Below the pieces are notes generated by a model. It ran no database searches. It was not told the DNA's origin and was given only the letters and a program-made list of their open reading frames with translations. From the NCBI RefSeq assembly GCF_016463645.1, contig NZ_JAEMQX010000010.1, forward strand, positions 1,165 through 65,164: 64,000 bases of DNA, given 5' to 3'. Shown here piece by piece: positions 1 through 9,703 of this stretch. Each line of letters starts with the position of its first letter. Position 1 is the first letter of the stretch. Made by a program: the position numbers and the translations under genes. The stretch comes from Sphingopyxis sp. Lineage in GTDB: Bacteria; Pseudomonadota; Alphaproteobacteria; Sphingomonadales; Sphingomonadaceae.

Positions 1-252
1 ATGCCCCATCGCGGCATGTTCCGGCGGGCAACTCGAAGGCTCGGGCGCCATGTCCATCCCTTGCATGCTGCCATGATCCATCGGCTCTTCGGCAGGCGCG
101 GTCGGCGGCGGCGACGCTACCGGTGCGGGCGTGGGGGCCGGCGTCGGCGCGGGCGCCGAGCCGTGCATCGAATGATCCATCGATTGCGCAGCGGCCGGAA
201 CCGCGAAAGCGAGCGGCGCGATGCCGGCGAGGAGGAACGCGATCCGGGTCAT
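1..252 (-). CDS. copB: Copper resistance protein B, N-terminal part (gene runs off the left edge)
   Basis: ATG at 252 overlaps the copA stop (ATGA). Translation MTRIAFLLAGIAPLAFAVPAAAQSMDHSMHG...MDHGSMQGMDM...CPPEHAAMGH gives a signal peptide plus a Met/His-rich N-terminus typical of CopB downstream of copA. Not in the ORF track because it is truncated. Confidence 0.8.
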   Translation of the reverse strand, partial: MTRIAFLLAGIAPLAFAVPAAAQSMDHSMHGSAPAPTPAPTPAPVASPPPTAPAEEPMDHGSMQGMDMAPEPSSCPPEHAAMGH

Positions 253-2096
253 TGCGCGTCCTCCTTCGGACGGACGCTGACGACGCGCATCATCCCGGCG
301 TGCATATGGTAGAGAAGGTGGCAGTGGAACGCCCAGTCGCCGAGCGCGTCGGCGGTGAAATCGAAACTCGCGGTTCCGCCCGGCTGGACGAGCACCGTAT
401 GCTTGCGCGGCGAGCGGTCGCCTTTGCCCGTCACCAGCTCGAAGAAATGGCCGTGCAGATGGATCGGATGGCTCATCATCGAATCGTTGATCAGGTTGAT
501 CCGCACCCGTTCGCCTTCGATGAAGGGGATCGGCTCATGATAGTCGGACATCTTGATGCCGTCGAACGACCACATGAAGCGCTCCATGTTGCCGGTCAGA
601 TGGATGTCGAGCGAGCGCGACGCCGCGCGCACGTCGGGATTGCGTTCAAGCGCGACCAGGTCGTGGTAGGTCAGCACTTTGTGCCCGACATCTTCGAGCC
701 CCTGCCCCGGCTCGCCCATACGATCCATCGGCATCGGCGATATCGTCTGGACGCTCGGATCGCGCTTGACCTGCGGCGCGACGCTGAAATCGCGCATGCT
801 GTGCTGCATGCCGCCGGACCCATGATCCATGCCCGCCATCGCGCCGCCTTCGCCGGCGGGTGTGCAGTGACCCATCTTGGCGTGTTCCGGGGGGCAGGAA
901 GGATTGGCCGCAGGCATGGGCATGGCGCCCATGTCACCGCCGCCCGAATGGTCCATGCCCGCCATGGAGCCGCCCGACATGTCCATGTCGCCCATGCCCA
1001 TGTCCTTCATCGTGGCAAGCGGGCGTTCGCGAAGCGGTGGCACCTCGGCGATCATGCCGGCGCGCGGCGCGAGCGTCGCGCGGCCCATGCCCGACCGGTC
1101 ATTGGCCTCGGCGACGAGCGCATAGGCGCGGTCCTCGACCGGGGTCACGATGACATCATAGGTTTCGGCGACGGCGATCTGGAATTCGTCGATTTCGGTC
1201 GGCACGACATTCAGCCCGTCGGCCTGCACCACCGTCATGCGAAGACCCGGGATACGCACGTTGAAGATGGTCATCGCCGAGGCGTTGACGATGCGCAGCC
1301 GCACGCGTTCGCCGGGATTGAAGAGCGCCGTCCAATTGTCGCGCGGCCCATGGCCGTTGACGAGAAATGTGTAGGTCGACCCGTTGACGTCGGCGACGTC
1401 GGTCGGGTCCATCCGCATCTTGCCCCAGTCGATTCGCTCCTTCAGCGGCTGGTCCTTGCCAGCGAGCAGTCCGGAAAGCGTCTGGCGCTGCATGTTGAAA
1501 TGGCCGGGATTGACCTTGAGCTTGCGAAAGATCGCCTCGGGCGACAGCTGGCTGTGGTCCGACAACACGACCACATGTTCGCGGTCGTAGCCGATCGGAT
1601 CGGGTCCGGCAGGATCGATCACGATCGGCCCATAATGGCCGAGTTGCTCCTGCAGTCCCGAATGGCTGTGATACCAATAGGTGCCCGACTGGACGACGGG
1701 AAATTCATAGACAAAGGTCGAGCGCGGCTTGATGCCGGGGAAGCTGACGCCGGGCACGCCGTCCATCTGGAACGGCAGAATCAGTCCGTGCCAGTGAATC
1801 GAGCTGTCCTCGTCGAGATCGTTGACGACGGTCAGGCGCGCTGTCTGCCCTTCCTTCAGCCGGACGAGCGGCGCGGGCACGGTGCCGTTAATCCCGATTG
1901 CACGGCTGACCTTGCCATCGATGCGCATCGTCTGGCGCGCGATGCGCAGCGTGATGTCGTTACCGGATACGGTCGGGAGGGGCGCGGTAATGCCGGACGA
2001 CACCGGCTGGGCCCAGGCCGGGAACCATGCGGCCATCGCCGCAGCCGCCCCTCCGCCTAAAGCTCCACTGACGAACCGACGCCTTTCCATCTGCAT
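249..2096 (-). CDS. copA: Copper resistance multicopper oxidase CopA (Tat-exported)
   Basis: Twin-arginine signal (ERRRFV); multicopper oxidase motifs HWHG, WYHSH, HPIHLHGH, HCHLLYHM; Met-rich loop. Confidence 0.95.
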   Translation of the reverse strand: MQMERRRFVSGALGGGAAAAMAAWFPAWAQPVSSGITAPLPTVSGNDITLRIARQTMRIDGKVSRAIGINGTVPAPLVRLKEGQTARLTVVNDLDEDSSIHWHGLILPFQMDGVPGVSFPGIKPRSTFVYEFPVVQSGTYWYHSHSGLQEQLGHYGPIVIDPAGPDPIGYDREHVVVLSDHSQLSPEAIFRKLKVNPGHFNMQRQTLSGLLAGKDQPLKERIDWGKMRMDPTDVADVNGSTYTFLVNGHGPRDNWTALFNPGERVRLRIVNASAMTIFNVRIPGLRMTVVQADGLNVVPTEIDEFQIAVAETYDVIVTPVEDRAYALVAEANDRSGMGRATLAPRAGMIAEVPPLRERPLATMKDMGMGDMDMSGGSMAGMDHSGGGDMGAMPMPAANPSCPPEHAKMGHCTPAGEGGAMAGMDHGSGGMQHSMRDFSVAPQVKRDPSVQTISPMPMDRMGEPGQGLEDVGHKVLTYHDLVALERNPDVRAASRSLDIHLTGNMERFMWSFDGIKMSDYHEPIPFIEGERVRINLINDSMMSHPIHLHGHFFELVTGKGDRSPRKHTVLVQPGGTASFDFTADALGDWAFHCHLLYHMHAGMMRVVSVRPKEDAQ

Positions 2097-2131
2097 ATTC
2101 TTTCCGACCGTTACTGACTGTTCCTAAAGCT

Positions 2132-2158
2132 ATACGCAGGCGGCACGGCTGCCCCTCA
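2132..2158 (-). promoter_or_regulatory. Putative ECF (CnrH-like) promoter of copAB
   Basis: Minus strand reads TGAGGGG-N13-TGCGTAT, about 35 bp upstream of the copA start; three further copies occur in the window. Confidence 0.65.
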
Positions 2159-2209
2159 ACAAAAATGCCGGACGATGAGGAGATGACGCCTGAACGAGCG
2201 GTCGAACCG

Positions 2210-2794
2210 TCAACCCTCCGCACTCGCGGACGTTCCCGCGAGTAATTCCCGGAGCCTGGTCCGCGCTCGGTAGAGGCGCGTTTCGACCGTCTTCTCGCTG
2301 ACGCGCAAAATGACCGCGGTTTCGGCCTGGCTGACCTCGTCGACACCGCGGAGGAGCAAGACTTCGCGCAAATTCTGCGGCAGCTGGTCGATCGCCCCGC
2401 GAACCTTGGCGAGTTCTCGCCTGTCGGTCGCCTCGGAATCGGGCGCCGGACCATCGCTTGCTACGTGATGCGCATTTTCGAGCGGGAGCGCGCGGGAGAA
2501 AAAGGCGCGCACCTTTCGCCGTCTTGCCCAGTCGCGACATTTGTTGAGCGCGATACGGGCGATCCACGTGCGGAAGGGGCGTTCGCCATCATAGCGGTCG
2601 AGCGCCGAAAAACCGGAGACGAACGTCTCCTGCGTCAAATCCATCGCCTCGTCGGCATCGCCGATCTGCTTTACGATGAGCCGGTAGACACCCGTTTTGT
2701 AGCGGCGCAGCAACTCGCGATAGGCATCGTCACGTTGCGCGCGGGCGAGAACCGCCAAATCCTGGTCGCTACATTGCGATAAGTCGGCGCTCAC
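2210..2794 (-). CDS. ECF RNA polymerase sigma-70 factor, CnrH-like
   Basis: Region 2 (DAEAMDLTQETF-like, WIARIALNKCRD) and region 4 (SQAETAVILRVSEKTVETRLYRAR); third gene of a cnrYXH-like triad. Confidence 0.9.
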   Translation of the reverse strand: MSADLSQCSDQDLAVLARAQRDDAYRELLRRYKTGVYRLIVKQIGDADEAMDLTQETFVSGFSALDRYDGERPFRTWIARIALNKCRDWARRRKVRAFFSRALPLENAHHVASDGPAPDSEATDRRELAKVRGAIDQLPQNLREVLLLRGVDEVSQAETAVILRVSEKTVETRLYRARTRLRELLAGTSASAEG

Positions 2795-3228
2795 CGCGCG
2801 TCGGCGGTCAGCGCCTTGACCACGCTCCTGTCGAACATTTCCGCCTGGTCGGGGTTGAGAACCCCGCGCATCGCGAAGAGATGCTGGAGCGTTTCCTTCT
2901 GCAACGTCCCCATCACCTCATGCGTCTCGTCGATCGCCTCCGTGACGCGCGGTCCATAGCCATGCTCGGCTTCGATCGCCTGCGCGAGCCGGACATTGGC
3001 GGCGCGCATCTCAAGCTCAAGCGCCTGCCGGCGACCGGCAAAGTCGGCTTCGATCCGCTCGAGTTTCGTTTCCTGCTCCGGGGTCAGATCGAGTTGACCG
3101 TGAAGAAGCGCATGAAGTTCGGTTTCGCTGGCTCTGGGCGCATCGGCCACCAGACGACCGACGAACACGCCGGCAATCGCCGCGGCGAAAGCAATGAGCC
3201 CCACGAGAAGAAGACGGCGCGACGGCAT
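2791..3228 (-). CDS. Periplasmic heavy-metal sensor, CnrX-like
   Basis: N-terminal TM helix; LHALLHGQLDL, ERIEADF and QHLFAM give the His/His/Glu/His/Met ligand pattern of CnrX-type sensors. Confidence 0.8.
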   Translation of the reverse strand: MPSRRLLLVGLIAFAAAIAGVFVGRLVADAPRASETELHALLHGQLDLTPEQETKLERIEADFAGRRQALELEMRAANVRLAQAIEAEHGYGPRVTEAIDETHEVMGTLQKETLQHLFAMRGVLNPDQAEMFDRSVVKALTADAR

Positions 3229-3230
3229 CG

Positions 3231-3497
3231 TTACTGCACGTCCAGCAAGGTGGAAGGCGCCAATGCGCTCGGCGGACCGAACGGGGTAAGGGGACTTGCC
3301 GCGACCGCTGGCTGGGAAATCGCGCTCCCCGCAAAAATACCGCCGCCAAGGGAGACAAAGGCCGCGAGCGCCATCAGGCGGCGCGTTGCTACCGCTTCGC
3401 GCCGGCGGATCGCCAATGCGCCCATGATGCGATCGTCGAGCGCGTCGAGCGCTGCGGGCAGATCGATCCTGTTCAAAATGCGAAGCTCCTCATCCAT
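3231..3497 (-). CDS. Small single-TM anti-sigma factor, CnrY-like
   Basis: About 88 aa with one hydrophobic segment (LMALAAFVSLGGGIFAG); first gene of the triad; start moved to MDEELR. Confidence 0.65.
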   Translation of the reverse strand: MDEELRILNRIDLPAALDALDDRIMGALAIRRREAVATRRLMALAAFVSLGGGIFAGSAISQPAVAASPLTPFGPPSALAPSTLLDVQ

Positions 3498-3530
3498 CGA
3501 TCGTCTCTTCAAACCTTTCCATCATTGTAC

Positions 3531-3557
3531 ATACGCGCCGAAGCGCTTCACCCCTCA
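3531..3557 (-). promoter_or_regulatory. Putative ECF promoter of the cnrYXH-like operon (autoregulation)
   Basis: Minus strand reads TGAGGGG-N13-CGCGTAT. Confidence 0.65.
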
Positions 3558-3582
3558 CACTGGAATATTATACCGGAATATT

Positions 3583-3609
3583 TGAGGGCCATGCCGATAT
3601 CCTGCGTAT
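3583..3609 (+). promoter_or_regulatory. Putative ECF promoter of copCD
   Basis: TGAGGGC-N13-TGCGTAT, 20 bp upstream of the copC ATG; GGAATATT direct repeats (3562-3569, 3575-3582) lie between the divergent promoters. Confidence 0.65.
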
Positions 3610-3628
3610 TAGCAGGACAGACACGCAT

Positions 3629-4024
3629 TTGGAGGTGTTCATGTTCAAGTCTCTTCTCCCCTCTGCAGTGGCGGCTTTCGCACTGCTTATCACGCCGGTC
3701 GCAGCGAGCGCGCACACCAAGCTCGTCAGCTCGACGCCGGCCGCCAATTCGACCGTTTCGAAGGTCACGTCGGTCAATCTGCAGTTCAACGAAAAGATCG
3801 TCGCCTCGACCCTCAAGACCGAGCTGGTCATGACCGGAATGCCCGGCATGGCCAATCATGCACCGATGAAGGTGCCCTACTCGTCGATGATGGGCAAAGA
3901 GGGCAAGTCGGCGATGCTGATGCTCAAGCGGCCGCTGACGCCCGGAACCTACAAGGTCACATGGTCCGCGGCCGGCGCCGATACCCATCGCATGGGTAGC
4001 GAATTCAGCTTCACCGTTAAGTAA
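3629..4024 (+). CDS. copC: Periplasmic copper-binding protein CopC
   Basis: Signal peptide then AHTKLVSSTPAANS; Met-rich MPGMANH; C-terminal WSAAGADTHRM. The true start may be the downstream MFKSL. Confidence 0.9.
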   Translation: MEVFMFKSLLPSAVAAFALLITPVAASAHTKLVSSTPAANSTVSKVTSVNLQFNEKIVASTLKTELVMTGMPGMANHAPMKVPYSSMMGKEGKSAMLMLKRPLTPGTYKVTWSAAGADTHRMGSEFSFTVK

Positions 4025-4028
4025 AGCG

Positions 4029-5000
4029 GTGGGGGACCCCGTCCTGATCGGCATCAGGTTCGCACTTTATGCGGACCTGATGCTCATCGCTGGCCTTGCT
4101 GCGTTCCCGCTCTATGCGCTGACACGAAGCGAACGCCTTGCGCCGCAGTCGATGATGGCCTCGATCTGGCGCGCAGAGCGATGGCTCTGCGCCGCCGGAC
4201 TGCTTCTCTCCATCTTGGGGATGGGCGTGCTCGCGGCTTCAATGCAGGGTGTGGGGCTCCTCTCCCTGGAACTCCAGCCTTTCTGGGACCTTGTTCGCGA
4301 GACCGAGGTCGGCACAGCCTGGGTCTACCGGAGCGCAGCGCTACTGCTCGCGCTGGCCGTCGCGATCTGGATGGTCCGCTGGCCGACAACGTCGGCCGCC
4401 GTACTCGCGGCCGCAGGCTCGGTGGCCGTCGCGAGTCTGGTCTGGTCCGGCCACGCCGGCGCGACCGAAGGCGCCGCAGGCACCGCGCACCGGATCAGCG
4501 ACATCTTGCACCTGATCGCAGCCGCGGTCTGGATCGGCGCGATCGGCGCCTTCCTGATCCTGATCTCACCACGTCGTGTCCGCGAATGGCCGGGCGGGCC
4601 CCAAATTGCGGCGCGGAGCCTCGAACAATTCTCGCGCGTCGGCACGATCTGCGTCCTCGTCATCGCCGCCACCGGCCTCATCAATAGCCAGATGATCGTC
4701 GGCGCCGAGAATCTCGGCCGGTCTCTCGGGTCGCCCTATGGACAATTGCTCCTTGCCAAGCTCGCTCTGTTTGGACTGATGCTTGCGCTCGCGGCCGCCA
4801 ATCGCTGGCGACTGACGCCTGCGCTCGCGGCGGCGACGGCGGCAAGCGACGATGCAGAAAGCGTCGATTCCGATCCAGATGCGGCGCTCGCGGCCATGCG
4901 CAGGAGCCTCATCATCGAAGCGTCGGCCGCGCTCGCCATACTCGCGCTGGTTGCCTGGTTCGGGACGCTCGAGCCGTTCGTCGCCGCCGATCCGGTTTGA
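4029..5000 (+). CDS. copD: Copper homeostasis membrane protein CopD
   Basis: Multi-TM; WSGHAGA, LHLIAAAVWIG, YGQLLLAKL and LAAANRWRLTP motifs; follows copC. Confidence 0.9.
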   Translation: MGDPVLIGIRFALYADLMLIAGLAAFPLYALTRSERLAPQSMMASIWRAERWLCAAGLLLSILGMGVLAASMQGVGLLSLELQPFWDLVRETEVGTAWVYRSAALLLALAVAIWMVRWPTTSAAVLAAAGSVAVASLVWSGHAGATEGAAGTAHRISDILHLIAAAVWIGAIGAFLILISPRRVREWPGGPQIAARSLEQFSRVGTICVLVIAATGLINSQMIVGAENLGRSLGSPYGQLLLAKLALFGLMLALAAANRWRLTPALAAATAASDDAESVDSDPDAALAAMRRSLIIEASAALAILALVAWFGTLEPFVAADPV

Positions 5001-5722
5001 CGCTCAACACCGTCTCCTGGTCCGGCTCGATCATGCTCGGGACCGGCTGGGCATTGATCGATGCGCGCATCGGGAACAGCCGTCCTCATGGCCATGTGGC
5101 GCATCAGGTCAGCCTCGCCGTCGAACGCGACCTCGAAATTTCCGGCGATGCCGACATGATAGTCCCTGCCGGACATGCGGTAGCCATTGCGTCGCAAGTC
5201 CGGCACCGCCTGGGGCCGCCAGGCGCCCTCGTGCGATCATTTTATCTCGACCCGCTTTTTCGCGCCGACGCGCGGCTGTCCGTCGGATCGGCGCCTGTCC
5301 TGTTGACACCGGTAGAGACAGCCGGACTATGCGATATCGCTAGCGGCGCAGACGCAAAGCGCTGGGCGTCCGGCTATCTCGACCGGTCGCAGGCGCGTCC
5401 GGTGGATGCACGCCTGTCCGAAGCGCTCGCGGCCCCCGATGATTTGTCGAGTGCCCGCGCCCTGGCCGACGTTGCCTGCCTCTCACCCTCGCGCCTGCGC
5501 GAAATCGTCAGCCGCGACTTCGGCGTGCCTCCGGCCAAATTGCTGCAATGGCTCCAGCTTCAACGCGCAGTGCGGGCGCTGGTCGGCGGCGGAAGCCTCG
5601 CCGCCGCCGCCGCCGCGGGCGGCTTTGCCGATCAGTCGCACTTCACGCGCCGCTGCGCCCAATGGCTCGGCGTCACGCCTTCGGCCGGCCTCAGCGCTTT
5701 CGCTTTCGAAATCGTGCCCTGA
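4997..5722 (+). CDS. AraC-family transcriptional regulator (copy 1)
   Basis: C-terminal LSPSRLR...GFADQSHFTR double HTH; N-terminal HGHVAHQ; TTG start overlaps the copD stop. Confidence 0.85.
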   Translation: MTLNTVSWSGSIMLGTGWALIDARIGNSRPHGHVAHQVSLAVERDLEISGDADMIVPAGHAVAIASQVRHRLGPPGALVRSFYLDPLFRADARLSVGSAPVLLTPVETAGLCDIASGADAKRWASGYLDRSQARPVDARLSEALAAPDDLSSARALADVACLSPSRLREIVSRDFGVPPAKLLQWLQLQRAVRALVGGGSLAAAAAAGGFADQSHFTRRCAQWLGVTPSAGLSAFAFEIVP

Positions 5723-5845
5723 GCCACACGCGCCTAGCTCCGGCGAAACATTCAAGACCGGCGCGCCAGCTCGCGCCTAAACGTCTCGTCGAGACTCGCG
5801 CAGCCGCAATCCAGCGGCAAGCCAAAGCGTCGAAAGGAGACGGCC

Positions 5846-6523
5846 ATGCCCGACCCGATACCCGTAGCGAGTTCCTACACGCCAGCGGCAGGATATCACT
5901 TCTTGACGCCCTTTTATGATTTCGGCGTCGCGGTGACGACGCGCGAGCGCGTGTGGCGCGACCGTCTCGTTCGCCATATGGCGCTCGGCGAGGGTGACGT
6001 TATTCTCGACATCGGTTCGGGTACGGGAAATCTCGCGCTGGCGATCGGCCGCCATAGCCGGGACGTCCGCTATCTCGGTATCGACCCCGACGAAGCTGCG
6101 ACGCGAATTGCCCGAACCAAGACCGCGCAGATTGTTCCGCCGCCGGAGTTTCGCGTTGGCTTTTTCGCGGCTTCGGCGATCGATGACTGGCCCTCGCCTG
6201 CCAGGATTGCGATCTGCCTCGTCCTTCATCAGGTCGGGCTTGAGGAAAAGGCACGTCTGCTACGCGAGGCCTGGCAGGTGCTCGCGCCGGGCGGCAAACT
6301 CTATGTCGCCGACTATGGGGAACAGCGCAGCCGCCTCATGCGGTTGTTGTTCCGCCTCACGATCCAGCAGCTCGATGGCGTCCAGGACACCCAGCCCAAC
6401 GCCGATGGATTGCTACCGGTGCTGATGAGAGAGGCTGGCTTTCGCGATATTTGCGAGCTTGAGACATTTCGCACGCTAACCGGTGCGATCGCCATCATCG
6501 AGGCCGGCAAGCCCCGGATCTGA
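5846..6523 (+). CDS. Class I SAM-dependent methyltransferase (copy 1)
   Basis: Motif I VILDIGSGTG; LAPGGKLYVADY; GGAG RBS. Confidence 0.9.
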   Translation: MPDPIPVASSYTPAAGYHFLTPFYDFGVAVTTRERVWRDRLVRHMALGEGDVILDIGSGTGNLALAIGRHSRDVRYLGIDPDEAATRIARTKTAQIVPPPEFRVGFFAASAIDDWPSPARIAICLVLHQVGLEEKARLLREAWQVLAPGGKLYVADYGEQRSRLMRLLFRLTIQQLDGVQDTQPNADGLLPVLMREAGFRDICELETFRTLTGAIAIIEAGKPRI

Positions 6524-6544
6524 TTGGACGGGGCAAAGAAAATC

Positions 6545-6571
6545 CGAGGGATAATCACCTTCCTTGCGTAT
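6545..6571 (+). promoter_or_regulatory. Putative ECF promoter of the Cu-ATPase
   Basis: CGAGGGA-N13-TGCGTAT, about 120 bp upstream of the ATPase start. Confidence 0.6.
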
Positions 6572-6689
6572 CGATAGGAGCGGCTCCATTCTGGAGCCGC
6601 CAGGAAAGCCACCAACGGCGAACACGGCCGGCGGCGTTCGGACGGCTCCGCCATAGGGTGGGCATCCGATATGGACGGGAGCGGCGACG

Positions 6690-9011
6690 ATGCACGATCA
6701 TCAAGGCGCGGAAAATGGCAGCGGGAGTACGACCGATCCGGTCTGCGGCATGATGGTCGACCCGGCCACCACGCCGTACATGGCGACGCACGGCGGCAAA
6801 CACCATCATTTTTGCAGCGCAGGTTGCCTCGCCAAATTCGAGGCCGATCCCGATCTTTATGCCGCAAAGCGCGAGCCGGCCATAGCCGATGCACCCGAGG
6901 GCGCCATCTGGACCTGCCCGATGCATCCCGAGATCCAGCGCCCCGGCCCTGGAAGCTGCCCGATCTGCGGCATGGCACTCGAGCCCGTCATGCCAGCCGC
7001 ATCCGACGGCCCGAGCGAAGAATATCGCGACATGCGGCAGCGCTTCTGGATCGGGCTCCTTCTCGCCCTCCCGGTGGTTGCGCTCGAAATGGGCGGTCAT
7101 CTGACGGGCCTCCACCAATATGTCGGCCGCCAGACGAACAACTGGATCCAGATGCTGCTTGCGACCCCCGTCGTGCTATGGGCGGGCTGGCCCTTCTTCG
7201 AGCGCGCGTGGCTCTCGATCCGCAACAAAAGCCTCAACATGTTCACTCTCATCGCGATGGGGACGGGGGTCGCGTGGGGCTACAGCATGATCGCGGCGAT
7301 AGCCCCGCAAATCTTCCCTGCCGCCTTCCGCGCCGCCGACGGCTCTGTCGCGGTATATTTCGAGGCCGCCGCGGTCATCACGGTGCTGGTGCTGCTCGGG
7401 CAGGTACTCGAACTCAGGGCGCGCGAGACGACGAGCGGCGCGATCCGCGCGCTTCTGGACCTCACGCCCAAGCTCGCCCGCCGCGTCCGCAGCGACGGAA
7501 GCGACGAGGAGGTCGCGCTCGAGGAAGTCGCGGTCGGCGACATGCTGCGCATTCGTCCGGGCGAAAAAGTCCCGGTCGATGGCATCGTCGTGGAAGGCCG
7601 CGGCTCGGTCGACGAATCGATGGTCACGGGCGAGTCGATGCCGGTGACCAAGGAGGCCGGCGCGGCGCTGATCGGCGGGACAATCAACCAGACCGGCGGC
7701 CTGCTCATGCGCAGCGAGAAGGTCGGGCGCGATACGATGCTCGCGCGGATCGTACAGATGGTCGCCGACGCGCAGCGCAGCCGCGCCCCGATCCAGCGCC
7801 TCGCCGATACGGTTTCGGGCTGGTTCGTGCCGGGCGTCATCGCCGTCGCCGTCGCGGCTTTCATCATCTGGTCGCTCGTCGGACCGGCGCCCGCAATGGC
7901 CTATGGCCTGATCGCCGCCGTCTCGGTGCTCATCATCGCCTGTCCCTGCGCGCTCGGCCTAGCGACGCCGATGTCGATCATGGTCGGCGTGGGGCGCGGC
8001 GCCGAAGCCGGCGTGCTGATCAAGAATGCCGAGGCGCTTGAACGGATGGAGAAGGTCGACACGCTCGTCGTCGACAAGACCGGGACGCTGACCGAAGGCA
8101 GACCCTCGGTCGTCGCGATCGAAGTCGCCGACGGCTTCGAAGAGCAGGATTTGCTGCGGATTGCCGCGAGCCTCGAGCGTAGCAGCGAACATCCATTGGC
8201 GGCGGCGATCGTCAAGGCCGCCGACGACCGGGGCCTCGCGCTGGTCGAGCCATCGGGGGTCGATCAGCCAGTCGGCAAGGGCATCGTCGGGGTCGTAGAC
8301 GACAAGGCGATTGTCCTCGGCAATGCGAACTTTCTCGAAGAATATGACGTCGATCTGGGCGCGCTCGCCGAGGCAGCCGACCGCCTTCGCACAGACGGCG
8401 CGACGGCGATCTACATCGCGGTCAACGGCAAGGCGGCCGGCGTCATCGCCATCGCCGATCCGGTCAAGGAGACGACAAGCGCAGCACTCGCGGCGCTGCG
8501 CGAAGCCGGAATCAAGGTCATCATGCTCACCGGCGACAATCGCGTCACCGCCGAGGCGATCGCACGGCGGCTCGGCATCGACAATGTCGAGGCCGACGTC
8601 CTCCCCGACCAGAAGAGCGCCGTCGTCCAGCGGCTGCGCGAAGAGGGCGGGATCGTCGCCATGGCCGGCGACGGGGTCAACGACGCCCCGGCGCTTGCCG
8701 CCGCCGATGTCGGCATCGCCATGGGTTCGGGAACCGACGTCGCCATCGAAAGCGCAGGCGTCACGCTGCTGCGCGGCGACCTTATGGGTATCGTCCGGGC
8801 GCGGCACCTCAGCCATGCGACGATGGGGAACATCCGGCAAAACCTTTTCTTCGCCTTCGCCTATAATGTCGCGGGCATTCCGGTCGCGGCGGGGGTGCTC
8901 TATCCGGTCTTCGGGCTGCTCTTGTCACCGATCATCGCCGCCGCCGCGATGGCGCTTTCGTCGGTGAGCGTCATCGCCAATTCGCTGCGGCTGCGGTTCG
9001 TGAAAATCTGA
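6690..9011 (+). CDS. Cu(I)/Ag(I)-translocating P1B-1 ATPase with YHS and CPMHP metal-binding domains
   Basis: DPVCGM...HFCSAGC (YHS); CPMHPEI...CPICGM; CPC; DKTGTLT; SEHP; GDGVNDAP; YN and MALSS in the last TMs. Confidence 0.95.
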   Translation: MHDHQGAENGSGSTTDPVCGMMVDPATTPYMATHGGKHHHFCSAGCLAKFEADPDLYAAKREPAIADAPEGAIWTCPMHPEIQRPGPGSCPICGMALEPVMPAASDGPSEEYRDMRQRFWIGLLLALPVVALEMGGHLTGLHQYVGRQTNNWIQMLLATPVVLWAGWPFFERAWLSIRNKSLNMFTLIAMGTGVAWGYSMIAAIAPQIFPAAFRAADGSVAVYFEAAAVITVLVLLGQVLELRARETTSGAIRALLDLTPKLARRVRSDGSDEEVALEEVAVGDMLRIRPGEKVPVDGIVVEGRGSVDESMVTGESMPVTKEAGAALIGGTINQTGGLLMRSEKVGRDTMLARIVQMVADAQRSRAPIQRLADTVSGWFVPGVIAVAVAAFIIWSLVGPAPAMAYGLIAAVSVLIIACPCALGLATPMSIMVGVGRGAEAGVLIKNAEALERMEKVDTLVVDKTGTLTEGRPSVVAIEVADGFEEQDLLRIAASLERSSEHPLAAAIVKAADDRGLALVEPSGVDQPVGKGIVGVVDDKAIVLGNANFLEEYDVDLGALAEAADRLRTDGATAIYIAVNGKAAGVIAIADPVKETTSAALAALREAGIKVIMLTGDNRVTAEAIARRLGIDNVEADVLPDQKSAVVQRLREEGGIVAMAGDGVNDAPALAAADVGIAMGSGTDVAIESAGVTLLRGDLMGIVRARHLSHATMGNIRQNLFFAFAYNVAGIPVAAGVLYPVFGLLLSPIIAAAAMALSSVSVIANSLRLRFVKI

Positions 9012-9058
9012 TCGAAGCGTCGCCGCGCCGTTCGGCGGCGGGTATTGAAAAAGGGAGA

Positions 9059-9523
9059 ATGGGGATGAGAGGTTTCACTGCAGCGGCGATCGGGCTGGCG
9101 CTGGCCATGGCGGTTCCCGCCCACGCGGCCGCAACCCCGGATTATCAGGCGGCCGCCGCGACGCTGGCGCAATATAAGCAGGCGATCGAGAGCCGCGACC
9201 TGTCGGGCGTCGAAGCCTTGTTCGCGCCCGACGCCCAGATCTTCGAGTCGGGTGGCGTCGAAGGAAATTTCGCGCATTATCGCGACCATCATCTTGCCCC
9301 TGAATTGAAGGCGTTCAAATCCTTCGCGTTTAGCGACTATAAAATCTCGGTGCGCGGCGAAGGCGAGGTCGCGCTCGCCACCGAAACCTATAATTATACG
9401 ATCGTCCTCACCAATGGCGAGACGATCGTGCGCGCGGGCGTCGCGACCAGCGTGCTCAAAAGGACCGACGGCCAATGGCGGATCATCAGCTTGCACAGCT
9501 CCTCGCGTAAGCCGAAGGCGTGA
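9059..9523 (+). CDS. Secreted NTF2/SnoaL-like protein (DUF4440-like)
   Basis: Signal peptide; ...LFAPDAQIFE...YRDHHL...WRIISLHSS pattern of the NTF2-like fold. Confidence 0.7.
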   Translation: MGMRGFTAAAIGLALAMAVPAHAAATPDYQAAAATLAQYKQAIESRDLSGVEALFAPDAQIFESGGVEGNFAHYRDHHLAPELKAFKSFAFSDYKISVRGEGEVALATETYNYTIVLTNGETIVRAGVATSVLKRTDGQWRIISLHSSSRKPKA

Positions 9524-9703
9524 GCGGCGAGCGCGCGATAGGGTGCCTGTTCGCCGCGGCGCGATCAGCCCCGCTCGAAGACCGAAATAATCGGGCAGTG
9601 CGTCCGGTGGATCGTAACCGCGGCGGGGTCAGCCGCGAACTGCACATTTGACCCGCCCGAGTTTGGAATTGACGGCAAGTTGGACAAGGATCATGTGTCG
9701 ACC

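Noticed and set aside
123-2060. 645-aa plus-strand ORF, and similar long antisense ORFs (e.g. 13255-14613, 27581-29917, 30399-32942, 38756-39931, 49326-50759)
   Set aside because: Shadow frames antisense to clearly identified genes in high-GC DNA; no recognisable motifs
6650-6668. ATAGGGTGGGCAT upstream of the Cu-ATPase, resembling a CsoR-type G-tract operator
   Set aside because: Flanks are not palindromic and no csoR gene is in the window
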